From Candidatus Campbellbacteria bacterium (lineage in GTDB: Bacteria; Patescibacteriota; Minisyncoccia; Phycocordibacterales; EsbW-18), in NCBI GenBank assembly GCA_024653945.1, contig JANLIT010000004.1:13281-77280 (forward strand): 64,000 bases of DNA, read 5' to 3'. Positions within the stretch are counted from its first letter, which is position 1; the number at the start of each line of letters is the position of its first letter. This document shows, one piece after another, positions 25,611 to 36,211 of this stretch. The notes below the pieces were generated by a model that made no database searches, had not been told where the DNA came from, and saw only the letters and a list, made by a program, of their open reading frames with translations. The position numbers and the translations under genes are program-made.

Positions 25611-28328
25611 TTATGCGTGGGCTATTTCTTTATCCTTTCTTGAAATCCGTGACTTGGTAGATTTACTTGTACCTTTTTTAGTAAGAGAGAAGACAATATC
25701 CATTTCTCCATTTTCTTGTTTTTGTGCATCTACAAGAACGGCTCCACCTTGGAAAATACCCTGAGACACCATGAGCTGTGCCACGCGTGTCAAAATCTTG
25801 TCTTGAATCAAGCGCTTGAGTGGTCGTGCACCATATGTTGGGTTATATCCCTTTTCTGCCAAAAACGCCACCGCCTCAGGAGAAACTTCAAGGGTAATTT
25901 CTTTTTCAGCCAAACGTTTCTTCACAATTTCCAATTGAATAGAAACAATGTTACCAATCGCCTCTTTTGAAAGCACGTTAAACACAACCATTTCATCCAA
26001 ACGGTTCAAAAATTCTGGACGAAACTGGTCACGAAGCGCTTCCATAACTTTGTCACGAATATTTTTACTTGATTGTTCCTCTTCATCACTCGATGCAAAT
26101 CCGATGCCATGCATACGGTCAAGATACTGTGCACCGACGTTGGATGTCATAATAAGAATTGCATTTTTGAAGTTCACCGTGCGCCCCTTTGCGTCAGTGA
26201 GTCGTCCATCATCAAGAACCTGCAAAAGAATATTGAATACTTCTGGATGTGCTTTCTCAATCTCATCAAACAAGATCACACTGTACGGTCGATGACGAAT
26301 GAGTTCCGTGAGTGCGCCCCCCTCTTCATGACCAACATATCCTGGAGGCGCACCAATGACTTTTGAAACAGAGTGTTTCTCCATAAACTCGGACATGTCA
26401 ACACGAATGAGTGCCTTCTCATCATCAAACATAAATTCCGCAAGCGTCTTTGCCAATTCAGTTTTTCCAACACCTGTAGGACCCAAGAATATGAATGAAC
26501 CAATTGGTCGGTTGGGGTCTGCGATACCAGCACGTGAACGCTTTACTGCATTTGATACTTTTTCAACGGCTTCGTCTTGACCGACAACGCGTCGACGAAG
26601 CTCGTCTTCCATGCGAGACAGTTTCTGTGCCTCACCTTCTAACATTCGTGACACAGGAATACCTGTCCATCGTGACACAATTTCTGCAATGTCTGGCTCT
26701 GTCACATCCTCTTTGAGAATACGTCGTGATTTTTGAAGTCGTTTCAAACGAGCAGTTCGTGTTTCAAGCTCCTTCTCAAGTGTTGGGATGTTTCCATAAC
26801 GAATTTCTGCGGCACGAGCCAAATCGGCAGTTGCTTCGGCGGCCTCTGCATCAAGACGAGCACGCTCCATTTGTTTTTTAATTTCCTTAATTTCAGTGAT
26901 TGTTTCTTTTTCATTTTTCCACTTGAGTTCTATTTCTTCAATAGTTTCCTTAAGGTCCGCAATTTCTTTATCAATCACCTTCACTCGCCCCTTCACCTTT
27001 GCAGATTTTTCACCAACTCCAGACGCCTCGCCTTTGAGTGCTTCCTTTTCAATCTCCAACATCATTATTTTTCTGTGTGTCTCCTCCAAAATTGGTGGTT
27101 TGTTTTCAAGTGAAATACGTAATGCGGATGATGCCTCATCTATGAGGTCAACAGCTTTATCAGGCAAAAAACGGTCAGAAATGTACCGACTTGAAAGACC
27201 CACTGCAGCAATAATGGCATCGTCAGTAATTTTTACTCCGTGGAATAATTCATACTTTTCTTTTAATCCACGCAAAATAGCAACTGCATCTTCTACAGAT
27301 GGTTCATTAATAAATACTGGTTGAAAACGTCGTGTTAATGCGGGATCTTTTTCAATGTGACGTTGATATTCCTTAAAAGTTGTGGCGCCAATCGCTCGTA
27401 AATCACCGCGCGCAAGCGCCGGCTTTAACATGTTTGAGACGTCAAGCGAACCCTCTGCAGCTCCAGCACCAACAATGGTATGAATTTCGTCAATAAAGAG
27501 AACAATATTTCCGTTTGAATTTTCAATATCTTTTACGATTGCTTTGAGACGTTCTTCAAACTCTCCACGATATTTTGTTCCTGCAATAAGAGAACCGAGG
27601 TCAAGAGACACTAGATCCTTTCCCTTTAACGACTCTGGAATGTCTCCAGACGCAATTCGTTGTGCAAGTCCCTCAACAACCGCGGTTTTTCCTACTCCAG
27701 CTTCACCGATTAAAATTGGATTGTTTTTTGTACGACGAGATAAAATCTGAATAATTCGCTGAATCTCCTTATCGCGCCCAATCACGGGGTCAAGTTTATT
27801 TTCTTTTGCGAGTACGGTGAGACTTCGTGTGTATCGAGCAATCGCACGTGGTTTTTTGGGTCCGCCCTCTGCTGTTTCGGGGTTCTCACGAAGTTCTTTA
27901 AGTACGTGGAGAACTGCCTCACGAGATACTTTAAATTGTTTTAAGATTTCTTTTGACTCACCCGGACTATCAATAGCACTGATAAAAAGGTGTTCGGTAG
28001 AAACAAATTTATCTGAAAGAGATGCTGCTATTTTTAAAGAGTGCTCAAGGGCCTTCGCAAGTTCTGGAGTCAAATACATTTGGTATGCAGGTGATACTGT
28101 CTGATTGCTATCAGTTGGCTCAAGGGAATCAAGAAGTGCGTCGGTCAACGCTATCGTATCAACTTCAAGTTTGTCCAAAATTGAAGCAACCATGCTTTCT
28201 TCCTGAAGAATGAGTGAAGCGAGCAAGTGCAAAACCCCTACATTACTTTGTCCACGTTCAATGGCAAGCTCGTGGGCACGCTTAATTGCCTCCTTTGCTT
28301 TTGTTGTAAATTTTTGAAACGGGGGCAT
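25611..28328 (-). CDS. clpB: ATP-dependent chaperone ClpB (two AAA+ modules plus a long M-domain coiled coil)
   Basis: Clp N-domain; Walker A GEAGVGKT and GPTGVGKT; [11 protein letters not shown]; coiled-coil middle domain; 905 aa. Confidence 0.85.
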   Translation of the reverse strand: MPPFQKFTTKAKEAIKRAHELAIERGQSNVGVLHLLASLILQEESMVASILDKLEVDTIALTDALLDSLEPTDSNQTVSPAYQMYLTPELAKALEHSLKIAASLSDKFVSTEHLFISAIDSPGESKEILKQFKVSREAVLHVLKELRENPETAEGGPKKPRAIARYTRSLTVLAKENKLDPVIGRDKEIQRIIQILSRRTKNNPILIGEAGVGKTAVVEGLAQRIASGDIPESLKGKDLVSLDLGSLIAGTKYRGEFEERLKAIVKDIENSNGNIVLFIDEIHTIVGAGAAEGSLDVSNMLKPALARGDLRAIGATTFKEYQRHIEKDPALTRRFQPVFINEPSVEDAVAILRGLKEKYELFHGVKITDDAIIAAVGLSSRYISDRFLPDKAVDLIDEASSALRISLENKPPILEETHRKIMMLEIEKEALKGEASGVGEKSAKVKGRVKVIDKEIADLKETIEEIELKWKNEKETITEIKEIKKQMERARLDAEAAEATADLARAAEIRYGNIPTLEKELETRTARLKRLQKSRRILKEDVTEPDIAEIVSRWTGIPVSRMLEGEAQKLSRMEDELRRRVVGQDEAVEKVSNAVKRSRAGIADPNRPIGSFIFLGPTGVGKTELAKTLAEFMFDDEKALIRVDMSEFMEKHSVSKVIGAPPGYVGHEEGGALTELIRHRPYSVILFDEIEKAHPEVFNILLQVLDDGRLTDAKGRTVNFKNAILIMTSNVGAQYLDRMHGIGFASSDEEEQSSKNIRDKVMEALRDQFRPEFLNRLDEMVVFNVLSKEAIGNIVSIQLEIVKKRLAEKEITLEVSPEAVAFLAEKGYNPTYGARPLKRLIQDKILTRVAQLMVSQGIFQGGAVLVDAQKQENGEMDIVFSLTKKGTSKSTKSRISRKDKEIAHA

Positions 28329-28401
28329 AGATTTCAGTATAATAACCTATATTTACGATATAGTCAATCCCACCCTAAACCAAGCACGCGACTCTTTTTA
28401 C

Positions 28402-29169
28402 TTACAGAGACGTTGAGAATATCGTTCTAAAGAGCCCTAATTCAGTTGGATGCACAATACCCACAATCTCGCCCCTATTGGTCATTAGAGGCGTTCCTAG
28501 GGCCATTCCTGCCGTATCAATAGTTGTCTTAATAAGCCCCATACCTGTCTGGTTTTCTGGAGTAGGAAGCGTGATGTTTGTAACAACGCCTGGAGAAATT
28601 GTAAACGATTCATTTCCGCTCAACGCAACGATGGTTTGTCCGAGTCTTAAATCAACAATAGACGCGTGTGGTGCTGGTTTGAATACAAGCACCTCACCTT
28701 CTTGTGCTGGATCAATAGTAAACGTGCTGATGCCGTCGGTACTGGTCCCCGCAATCACCTTTGTTGATACACCGTCATCACGCATGGCAAGGTAGGTTTC
28801 TTTCGATTTGAATGATGCCGAACTGGACAGCATGGTTCCTACCTCATCTGTGACAATACCAAAAGCTACAAAAGTATTTTTCGTACGACCAATTTCATAC
28901 AAACGAACAATGCTTGGACGAATGGTTTCAATGGCTTGCGCAATAAGTTCATTTTCCTGAACAACAACCGTTTTTGTAATAACTTCTTTTTCTCCCGGTA
29001 TAAATGTTTCAATTGGTTTTTCAATAATTCTATCAATAACGCGCATCACATCAACTGGAGCTTTTTCAATAAGTGATACCGTTGCAATACCCGTAGCGAT
29101 TGATGTCACAAAAGACACCAATAGTGTTAAAAGAATTATTTGCATTTTGCTGAGTGTTTCGATATCCAT
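28402..29169 (-). CDS. trypsin-like (S1C/HtrA-like) peptidase-domain protein lacking a PDZ domain; the catalytic Ser appears substituted
   Basis: HtrA-like block TIDTAGMALGTPLMTNRGEIVGIV sits where GNSGGPL is expected; signal/TM N-terminus; start set at ATG 29169 (MDIETL...). Confidence 0.55.
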   Translation of the reverse strand: MDIETLSKMQIILLTLLVSFVTSIATGIATVSLIEKAPVDVMRVIDRIIEKPIETFIPGEKEVITKTVVVQENELIAQAIETIRPSIVRLYEIGRTKNTFVAFGIVTDEVGTMLSSSASFKSKETYLAMRDDGVSTKVIAGTSTDGISTFTIDPAQEGEVLVFKPAPHASIVDLRLGQTIVALSGNESFTISPGVVTNITLPTPENQTGMGLIKTTIDTAGMALGTPLMTNRGEIVGIVHPTELGLFRTIFSTSL

Positions 29170-29257
29170 ATAGAGTAGAAGTTGGAAGTTAGATGTTGGA
29201 AGAAAAATATATTTGATACTCCTAGTATAAATGATAACTGTTGTGCCGACAAGAATG

Positions 29258-30449
29258 CTATGCGAGCACGTCCACAAGAACACTTATCACATACTCAATA
29301 TCTTCACGTACTGATTCCTTGCCAAATGAAATACGTAGTACGTTATTTTTTCTCTCTGGGTCAAGTGCCGCAATAACATATGAACCCTCACCTCCTCCAG
29401 ACAAACAGGCACTTTTGGCTGATGCGGCAATACCGTGCATTGAGAGTTGCGTCACCAAAAACTCAGCTTCAATGTTGGGGAAAGAAACGCTAATATTGTT
29501 TGCAACACGATTTGTTAGGCTTCCGTGAATGCGCGCATCTGGAAACCGGGCGTGTAATTGTTCAATAGAATAGTCACGTAGCACCGTAATCCGAGCAACG
29601 GTCTCGTCCCGTTCCTGCTCACAAAGTTCAAACGCTTTTGCAAAACCAACAATTGCTGGAACGTTGGGGGTACCACCTTCATCTTTTTGAATTTTATGAA
29701 TCGTCCCGCACATACCCACGTACGGCGTTCCATGCTTTATCACAAGCGCTCCAATACCTTTTGGTCCATACATTTTGTGCGCATCAAGCGTCATCATATC
29801 CGCACCAATGTTTGGCAATACCACTGGAAGCCATAGTGGCGCCTGACTCGCGTCGGTGTGTAACACAATCTGGTTTTTTCTTCCCTTGTTTATATCTTTC
29901 AATCGCTCTGCAAGTTGCGCAATTGGTTGAATTGTTCCAATTTCATTGTTCACCAACATATTCGAAATAAAAACCGTTGTATCCTTAATAAGTGCGAGTG
30001 TTCTATCAACATCAAGAATGCCGTCAGTAGTAACTGGTGCATAGGAAACAGACACACCGCGACGTGAAAGTAACTCTGCACACGAACGAACGGAGGAATG
30101 TTCGATGCTCCCCACGATGCAATGCATGTCAGACAAAAGCATACCCTTGTCTTGTAGTGCGTTCAGTACTCCCATGATAGCCCTCATATTTCCATCACTT
30201 CCACTATGCGTAAAACGAACTTCATCTGCAGTAACTCCCACATACGTTGCTATGCGGGAACGTGCATCTTCAACGACACGTCGCGCTTCCATACCAAACG
30301 CGTGTGGAGAGCGCGGATTCGCGAATACATCGGTCTCATACAAATGCATGACTTCCGCCACACGCGGGTCAAGTGGAGTTGTCGCCGCATAATCAAGATA
30401 CACACGAGGTCGAGTTGTTTTTGGGCGCATGTTGGACATACTCATATCT
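29258..30449 (-). CDS. cysteine desulfurase (NifS/IscS family, class V aminotransferase)
   Basis: VYLDYAATTPLDP; PLP-binding Lys in TLDAHKMYGPKG; start chosen to avoid overlap with infB (the ORF track extends to 30574). Confidence 0.8.
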
Positions 30450-30503
30450 CTCATACTACGCCGATGATGCTCACACGGCATCCTTTCATACTCTACAAAA
30501 ACA

Positions 30504-32063
30504 TTGTATAATACACGCACCGCGTCGAAAGACGCTTTTTCTATCCTTATGACTGCCCTGCGTAACAAAAGCATAGAACGACCCCCTATTGTCGTTGTCC
30601 TCGGGCACGTTGATCATGGTAAATCGAGTCTTTTGGACTATGTTCGAAAAACAAACATCGTTGCCACAGAGGCAGGAGGTATCACACAGCACACAGCTGC
30701 GTACGAAGTAGTGCACAAAGACAAAACCGGTGCACTGAAAAAAATCACCTTCATTGACACTCCAGGACACGAGGCGTTTAAGGCCCAGCGCCAACGAGGT
30801 GCTTCCGTTGCTGACATTGCCATTCTCGTTGTTTCTGCAGAAGATGGTGTTAAAGCGCAAACAAAAGAAGCCGTGCAAGCAATTGAAGATGCGGATATAC
30901 CATACATTGTGGCCATCAACAAAATTGACGCCCCAAATGCAAATGTGGAGCGAACTGTCGCCAATCTTATTGAAAATAGTATTTTCGTGGAAGGTCACGG
31001 TGGCTCTACTCCCTACATTCCTATTAGTGCAAAAAAAGGAACTGGTATTGATGAGTTGCTTGAAATGATTTTACTTGTTGCGTCTCTTGAAGAACTGCAC
31101 GCAGAACCAGATGTGTCTGCAACAGGTATCATTATTGAAGCACACCGTGATGCACAGAAAGGAATTTCTGCCACGTTCATCATTACCAATGGAACTCTTT
31201 CCAAGGGCTCAGCCGTTTCTGCTGGAAAAAGTTGTTCACCGGTGCGTGCTTTGTACGATTTTAAAGGCGAACACATTGAAACAGCAAGTGTGTGTGCTCC
31301 AGTAACTATTATTGGATGGAATGAACTTCCAGAAGTGGGATCTGAAGTACACACGTTTGATAAAAAGAAAGATGCGGAAGCGTTCTGTGCTGAAACTGTT
31401 GAGACACACATAGACACACCTGTGGCTACAGCCATTTCCCCAGATGACACATCAGAACACGCGCTTGTTCCTATTGTTATAAAAGCAGATGTGTCTGGCT
31501 CACTTGATGCCATCGCACATGAAATTGCAAAAATTCAGGAAGAAAAAGTTGACCTCAAAATTATTCTTACGGGAGTTGGTCCAATATCTGAGAATGACGT
31601 GAAGCGTGCTGGTGGTGATGTGCGAACAGTGATTATTGGTTTTAATACAAGTGTGGAAACCGAGGCGCGCCTTAGTGCTGAGCGTGTTGGTATGACCGTG
31701 CACACTGAAACTATTATTTACAAACTCACCGAATGGTTGGCCGCACTGGTGGCACAGCGAAAGCCAAAAGAAACCGTGCAAGAGGTCTGTGGTCAAGCGC
31801 GCGTACTCAAACTTTTTAGTGTGGTTAAAACAAAACAAGTCCTTGGTGCACGTGTTGATGAGGGGGCGTTCCATGTTGGTGATACGGTGACCATCGTGCG
31901 ACGCGAAGAAGAAATTGGACATGGACGTATTGTTGGTTTACAAAAAGATAGAGATCAAGTAAAACAAGTTCCCACTGGAACAGAGTTTGGAGGACGAGTT
32001 GATTCTCCTACCACTATTGCAACTGGGGACACACTTATTTCGTACACGTCAGTAACACGATAA
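30504..32063 (+). CDS. infB: translation initiation factor IF-2 (short N-terminus)
   Basis: G domain VVVLGHVDHGKSSLLD, DTPGHEAF, NKID; IF-2 C-terminal beta-barrel domains. Confidence 0.85.
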   Translation: MYNTRTASKDAFSILMTALRNKSIERPPIVVVLGHVDHGKSSLLDYVRKTNIVATEAGGITQHTAAYEVVHKDKTGALKKITFIDTPGHEAFKAQRQRGASVADIAILVVSAEDGVKAQTKEAVQAIEDADIPYIVAINKIDAPNANVERTVANLIENSIFVEGHGGSTPYIPISAKKGTGIDELLEMILLVASLEELHAEPDVSATGIIIEAHRDAQKGISATFIITNGTLSKGSAVSAGKSCSPVRALYDFKGEHIETASVCAPVTIIGWNELPEVGSEVHTFDKKKDAEAFCAETVETHIDTPVATAISPDDTSEHALVPIVIKADVSGSLDAIAHEIAKIQEEKVDLKIILTGVGPISENDVKRAGGDVRTVIIGFNTSVETEARLSAERVGMTVHTETIIYKLTEWLAALVAQRKPKETVQEVCGQARVLKLFSVVKTKQVLGARVDEGAFHVGDTVTIVRREEEIGHGRIVGLQKDRDQVKQVPTGTEFGGRVDSPTTIATGDTLISYTSVTR

Positions 32064-32066
32064 TCT

Positions 32067-32399
32067 ATGTCACGTCGAGAACAAAAAGAAGAATTGTTTG
32101 CACACATTGCCGCTGATTTCGTGAATCTTGAATCAAACCGACAGTCGTTGGTAACGGTCACACGCGCAGTGTTATCTTCTGATGAAAAACGTTTAAGTAT
32201 TTTTATCAGTGTGCTTCCTGATTCCTATGAAGACACTGCGTTGGATTTTTTGAAACGAAAAAGAAAAGAGTTTCGTGCATTTGCACAAAAACGTGCACGA
32301 ACACGCATCCTTCCCTTCTTCGATTTTGAAATCGATTACGGAGAAAAGAATCGCATCGAACTTGAGGCATTGTCAGATGACAATAAACCTTTAGAATAG
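32067..32399 (+). CDS. rbfA: ribosome-binding factor A
   Basis: Size, position directly after infB, and RbfA-like KH fold sequence. Confidence 0.7.
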   Translation: MSRREQKEELFAHIAADFVNLESNRQSLVTVTRAVLSSDEKRLSIFISVLPDSYEDTALDFLKRKRKEFRAFAQKRARTRILPFFDFEIDYGEKNRIELEALSDDNKPLE

Positions 32400-32406
32400 G
32401 TGAAGT

Positions 32407-32482
32407 GGCACGGTGGCGAAGTGGTAACGCGACGGTCTGCAAAACCGTTATTGCGCGGGTTCAATTCCCGCCCGTGCCTCCA
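32407..32482 (+). tRNA. tRNA-Cys(GCA), CCA encoded
   Basis: Acceptor GGCACGG/CCGTGCC; anticodon loop CTGCAAA; T-arm GCGGGTTCAATTCCCGC; terminal CCA present. Confidence 0.85.
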
Positions 32483-32519
32483 GGAGGATTTGTTGTGTTG
32501 GGAATTAAATGCCGGATTT

Positions 32520-32600
32520 GGGCCAGTGGTGGAATGGTATACACGCACGACTTAAGATCGTGTCTCGTATGAGATGTGGGTTCGAGTCCCACCTGGCCCA
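32520..32600 (+). tRNA. tRNA-Leu(TAA), type II; CCA not encoded
   Basis: Acceptor GGGCCAG/CTGGCCC; anticodon loop CTTAAGA; long variable arm; T-arm GTGGGTTCGAGTCCCAC. Confidence 0.8.
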
Positions 32601-32716
32601 CAAAGCGAAGCTTTGTCGTGTGGGACGAGAAAGTCGCAGACCGACGGGCCGAGACGGGGCTGCAAAATTTTTCAGCAGAAAAATATTTGTGGCCGAGTCC
32701 CACCTGGCCCACACCA
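32601..32716 (+). repeat. TLE downstream of tRNA-Leu(TAA)
   Basis: 19-nt copy of the tRNA 3' end gagtcccacctggcccaca at 32695-32713; hairpin AAAGCGAAGCTTT directly after the tRNA; GAGACGGGGCTGC resembles GAGGCGGGGTCGAGA. Confidence 0.5.
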
Positions 32717-32801
32717 TAAGAAACAACAGTGAGAGAAATTTTTAAAAAAGAAAAAACTGATACAATGTATCAATCTAACATCATTTTAAAACACCTAGAA
32801 A

Positions 32802-33662
32802 ATGGAATCTTTCGAAAAAAATAATCAACTTAGTTACGAAAAAAAAACTCTTTTAACTGAGAGGGACAGGGAGGTTGTAAAAGAAAGTCTTGAAACGCTT
32901 TTGCATAAATTTAGAGATATTCCAAATGAAAAACTGCCAACAGTGGTAGCATTCTTAGAAACCTCAACTCGACCCGCAGTTTACGCTGTAAAACCAATTT
33001 TTAAAAAAATTTATAAAGAGGCCCAATTGAATGAACCTAAAATTCAATTTTTGACCACTTTTAGAAGTATCGACAAGACCTCCCTTGGCCACATATTTAC
33101 AGAAAAATTTTTTTATGAACTAGAAAATGGAAAATCGTTTGAAGAAGCCCTAAAAGAAGCCCGAGACAGGTCTCTTTCTGATGGGGCCAGTGAAGAAATG
33201 CTCGAGTCTTATACTGACAAAATAATCGACCACTACCTAACACTAATGGAGAAACTTAAGACCCTACTTGAATCGTCAAATGACGGTCCTGTACTAATTT
33301 TTGACGATTATATTTTTAGTATGGCTTCCTACAACCAAATAGTTGGAGCTTTGAAGGCTTTGGAAGTTCCTCCCGGTAGGGTTACTTTCTTTGCAATGTA
33401 TGGCTGGGCTGGTAAAGAGCCCCTTGAAAAAGCAGCTTCCCCAGATGTTCCTATCTGGGTTGGATCAGATATCAAAAAAGATGAAACTTGGTCTGGTTTT
33501 TCATACAGAAGAAATCCAGAGAAGTCAAAATACCTCGGTGTGGCAAAAAACTTCCCAAATGTTACGGAGAAAATATCGTCTGAGGAAAGGGATTCTGAAA
33601 AAATGAAAGAGCTGAGACAAATATTTAGTAATTTGGGCGAAGAAGTTTCTCGAGAGCCTTAA
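32802..33662 (+). CDS. hypothetical protein with a type I phosphoribosyltransferase-like C-terminal domain (low-GC island gene 1)
   Basis: PRTase-like PRPP-binding motif VLIFDDYIFSMAS, preceded by the PTVVAFLETSTRPAVYAV segment; AT-rich coding sequence. Confidence 0.4.
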   Translation: MESFEKNNQLSYEKKTLLTERDREVVKESLETLLHKFRDIPNEKLPTVVAFLETSTRPAVYAVKPIFKKIYKEAQLNEPKIQFLTTFRSIDKTSLGHIFTEKFFYELENGKSFEEALKEARDRSLSDGASEEMLESYTDKIIDHYLTLMEKLKTLLESSNDGPVLIFDDYIFSMASYNQIVGALKALEVPPGRVTFFAMYGWAGKEPLEKAASPDVPIWVGSDIKKDETWSGFSYRRNPEKSKYLGVAKNFPNVTEKISSEERDSEKMKELRQIFSNLGEEVSREP

Positions 33663-33684
33663 TAGCTGTTTTTAAATATAACGT

Positions 33685-34629
33685 ATGAGAGAATACCCAA
33701 AAAATCCGGAGATAGAATCAATCGATCAAATTCCAACTATAAAATCTGGATCTTTGATTATTGAGAGAGGAAAAACAGAACAACTTGAGAATTTACCCGA
33801 AAACAGTATAGCCCTTGATGGGTATGTTCAAGGTCCATTATTTGATCTTGAACACAATAAGTTTTCATTTGATCACCACGATAATGTAAATAGACAAATT
33901 ACTCGCGCAAGCTGTCAACAAATAGCTGATGCACTACTGCTTGGTTTTGAACCCAAAGAATCAAATATTTATGTTAATGATATTGACGGAGACACCGTTT
34001 TATCCGTGTGGCTACTTCGACACCCTAAAATGGTGAATGATCCGAGGGTCAGAATGTTGGTTGAGTCTGTGGGTGGAGTAGACGCGCACGGTCCAGCATA
34101 TGTACCGCTTGATTCAGAGCTTGCCGAGAAATTTTATAAGGGAGTAATGAAACCTGAAATTGATACACGAAGGAATAGAACATACGCTCAGACTGACTTA
34201 AATACTTTATTAGAAGAATGTCTAAAAAATGTGGACGCCTTGGTGGCAGGAACATTGGTGTATGAAAAACTAGAAGATCACAGGAGTTTTGAAGTTATAA
34301 AAGAAGGCACGGGATGGATTATGGTAGAGTCTAATGACTTCGTTTTTGATCTTGTATATAAAGCTGGCCATACTCGCGCAGTGGCAATGCAAAAACAACC
34401 GGATGGAAGTATTGCGTATACCGTTGCAAAAAAATCAGAACTTGTCAGCAATTTCCCAGTCGGACCAACATCAAAGGACGGGAGTATACTTTACGAGCTA
34501 AACAAACTTGAGGCAGGTTGGGGCGGAGGATCTACTATCGGTGGAGCCCCCCGTAATCCCGACGGATCAAGATCTCATTTATCTCCGGAGGAAGTTTTTG
34601 GTGCTATCGAAGATATACTCAATAAATAG
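33685..34629 (+). CDS. DHH/DHHA1-like phosphoesterase-motif protein (island gene 2; paralog of 35053..36027)
   Basis: FDHHDN, NDIDGDTVLS, and C-terminal GWGGGSTIGGA resembling the DHHA1 GGGH motif; the motif order differs from canonical NrnA/RecJ. Confidence 0.4.
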   Translation: MREYPKNPEIESIDQIPTIKSGSLIIERGKTEQLENLPENSIALDGYVQGPLFDLEHNKFSFDHHDNVNRQITRASCQQIADALLLGFEPKESNIYVNDIDGDTVLSVWLLRHPKMVNDPRVRMLVESVGGVDAHGPAYVPLDSELAEKFYKGVMKPEIDTRRNRTYAQTDLNTLLEECLKNVDALVAGTLVYEKLEDHRSFEVIKEGTGWIMVESNDFVFDLVYKAGHTRAVAMQKQPDGSIAYTVAKKSELVSNFPVGPTSKDGSILYELNKLEAGWGGGSTIGGAPRNPDGSRSHLSPEEVFGAIEDILNK

Positions 34630-34717
34630 AGTGACTATTTTTATTTAATTACTTGTACGAGCGTTTAACTATTTACGGGTATAAACAAGGCACTATGTGC
34701 CGTGGGTAAGAATATTT

Positions 34718-34996
34718 CTATTCTTTTGGTTGTTTTTTATCTTTTTGATCCCGTATTAAATCAGCAATAAAATAAGAGTCGGCAAATTGGCCTCGACTAT
34801 TTTTATAGACAGTATAGCCGTCATAAATTAATCTGCCTGATGGAGTAAATCTGTCTTTTCCATCAAAAAAACCATGTTCACTTACCAGTTCCCAACCAAG
34901 TTCAGATGCACTCTTATCAAATTCCTCCGTATGGTTGTCAACGGATTTTTTTACCTCTTCATGCTCACTACTAGGCATTTCCATTTTATTTTCCAT
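34718..34996 (-). CDS. hypothetical small protein (island gene 3)
   Basis: ORF only; acidic N-terminus. Confidence 0.3.
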   Translation of the reverse strand: MENKMEMPSSEHEEVKKSVDNHTEEFDKSASELGWELVSEHGFFDGKDRFTPSGRLIYDGYTVYKNSRGQFADSYFIADLIRDQKDKKQPKE

Positions 34997-35052
34997 GTTT
35001 ATATAAATTAAATTCGTATAATTAATAACGATTATACTATTAGTCTTATACT

Positions 35053-36027
35053 CTACTTACTTTCAAGTTTTTCTTTAATAATCTTGTCTAGTAAAACCGC
35101 ATACTCTTCTGGATTTAATGTGGTTCCCCCTTTTCCTTCAGGACCCTTGGCTCTTTTAGTACTGCCCGCATTCCACCTGCCACCAAAATCTGGCAAATTA
35201 AGGGTGTTCAGAGTTAGACCTTCAGGTGCTTTCATTCCTAATCGTATCTTTATCTCCCATCTTTCTGGATTATCTTTCATCGGACTTCCGAGAAGTATGA
35301 CGATTGCATCAGGTAAAAGGGCCGGCAACAGTCCTGCGTCAAATTTTTCATTTACAGATGTAAAATACACATCCCCGATACTATTGAATTTTCCGTCTGT
35401 TATTATTTCTTTTGCCCTTTTTCTGTCTTGTAATCGTTTGTTGAGCATTTGTTCCGCTTCTTCATCAACCGGTTCTCCTTTAAGGAGTTTTTCAAGATTG
35501 GTTAGAGAAAAAGAAATGCTTCTTTTATCTTGTAGAGATTGGAGTAGATCAGCAATTTCATTTTGAGCACCTGTGTGGTCAGCCGCAATTGCAGCCTCTC
35601 CAAATTTTTGATCTGGTGACAATATGCCTCTCATAATCGAACTTGAAAGAACACTGTCACAATCCACATGATTGACTACAACATGAACTGGTGGAATCAT
35701 CACACCATTTTTTTCAACAAATTGTATGGCTAGGTTAGTGCTAGAAATTTGTCTTGCCATTAAAGCTCCTGGCGCATGATGATCTATGTTTGTTACATCC
35801 TCCTGTCTATACCCGGATTCTAACTCCTCTCCTTTTTCAATATCTTCTACATAAAAATCACAAACTACGATAGGATCATCTGGTATAATCTCTCGTAATT
35901 CTGATATTGTAATTTTTGATCTTTCGGGAAAAAGTTCGATTGGTAATTTTTCTAACTTGTCAGTAAGTGGTTCTGGGTCAGAAATAGTATATCCTTGCTC
36001 TACAAAATTTTCTGGTTGTTTTTCCAT
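35053..36027 (-). CDS. DHH/DHHA1-like phosphoesterase-motif protein (island gene 4; divergent paralog of 33685..34629)
   Basis: NIDHHAPG, VNHVDCDSVLSS, GGRWNAGSTKRAKG...LNPEE, collinear with the motifs of the paralog. Confidence 0.4.
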   Translation of the reverse strand: MEKQPENFVEQGYTISDPEPLTDKLEKLPIELFPERSKITISELREIIPDDPIVVCDFYVEDIEKGEELESGYRQEDVTNIDHHAPGALMARQISSTNLAIQFVEKNGVMIPPVHVVVNHVDCDSVLSSSIMRGILSPDQKFGEAAIAADHTGAQNEIADLLQSLQDKRSISFSLTNLEKLLKGEPVDEEAEQMLNKRLQDRKRAKEIITDGKFNSIGDVYFTSVNEKFDAGLLPALLPDAIVILLGSPMKDNPERWEIKIRLGMKAPEGLTLNTLNLPDFGGRWNAGSTKRAKGPEGKGGTTLNPEEYAVLLDKIIKEKLESK

Positions 36028-36138
36028 ATGCTCTAATACTAAGCATATTATCTACCTTACACAAGTGCGTCTTAAATCGTGTGATTAAGTCCCACACCTA
36101 GAATAATTCTTTTTTATTGCTACAATAACGCTATTCCA

Positions 36139-36211
36139 CCACCCATAGCTCAGCTGGTAGAGCAGCTCCCTCTTAAGGAGACGGTCGTAGGTCCGATTCC
36201 TACTGGGTGGA
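36139..36211 (+). tRNA. tRNA-Lys(CTT); CCA not encoded
   Basis: Acceptor CCACCCA/TGGGTGG; anticodon loop CTCTTAA; T-arm GTAGGTCCGATTCCTAC. Confidence 0.8.

Noticed and set aside
25084-25660. ORFs 25084-25608 (minus strand) and 25364-25660 (plus strand)
   Set aside because: They overlap tRNA-Tyr and the 20-bp hairpin. Their translated 'FFIL' segments come from the palindrome and are not real proteins.
30450-30574. Upstream extension of the cysteine desulfurase ORF to 30574
   Set aside because: It would overlap the infB start by 70 nt on the opposite strand. An internal Met at 30449 (MRDMSMSN...) removes the overlap and still precedes the conserved VYLDYAATTP block.
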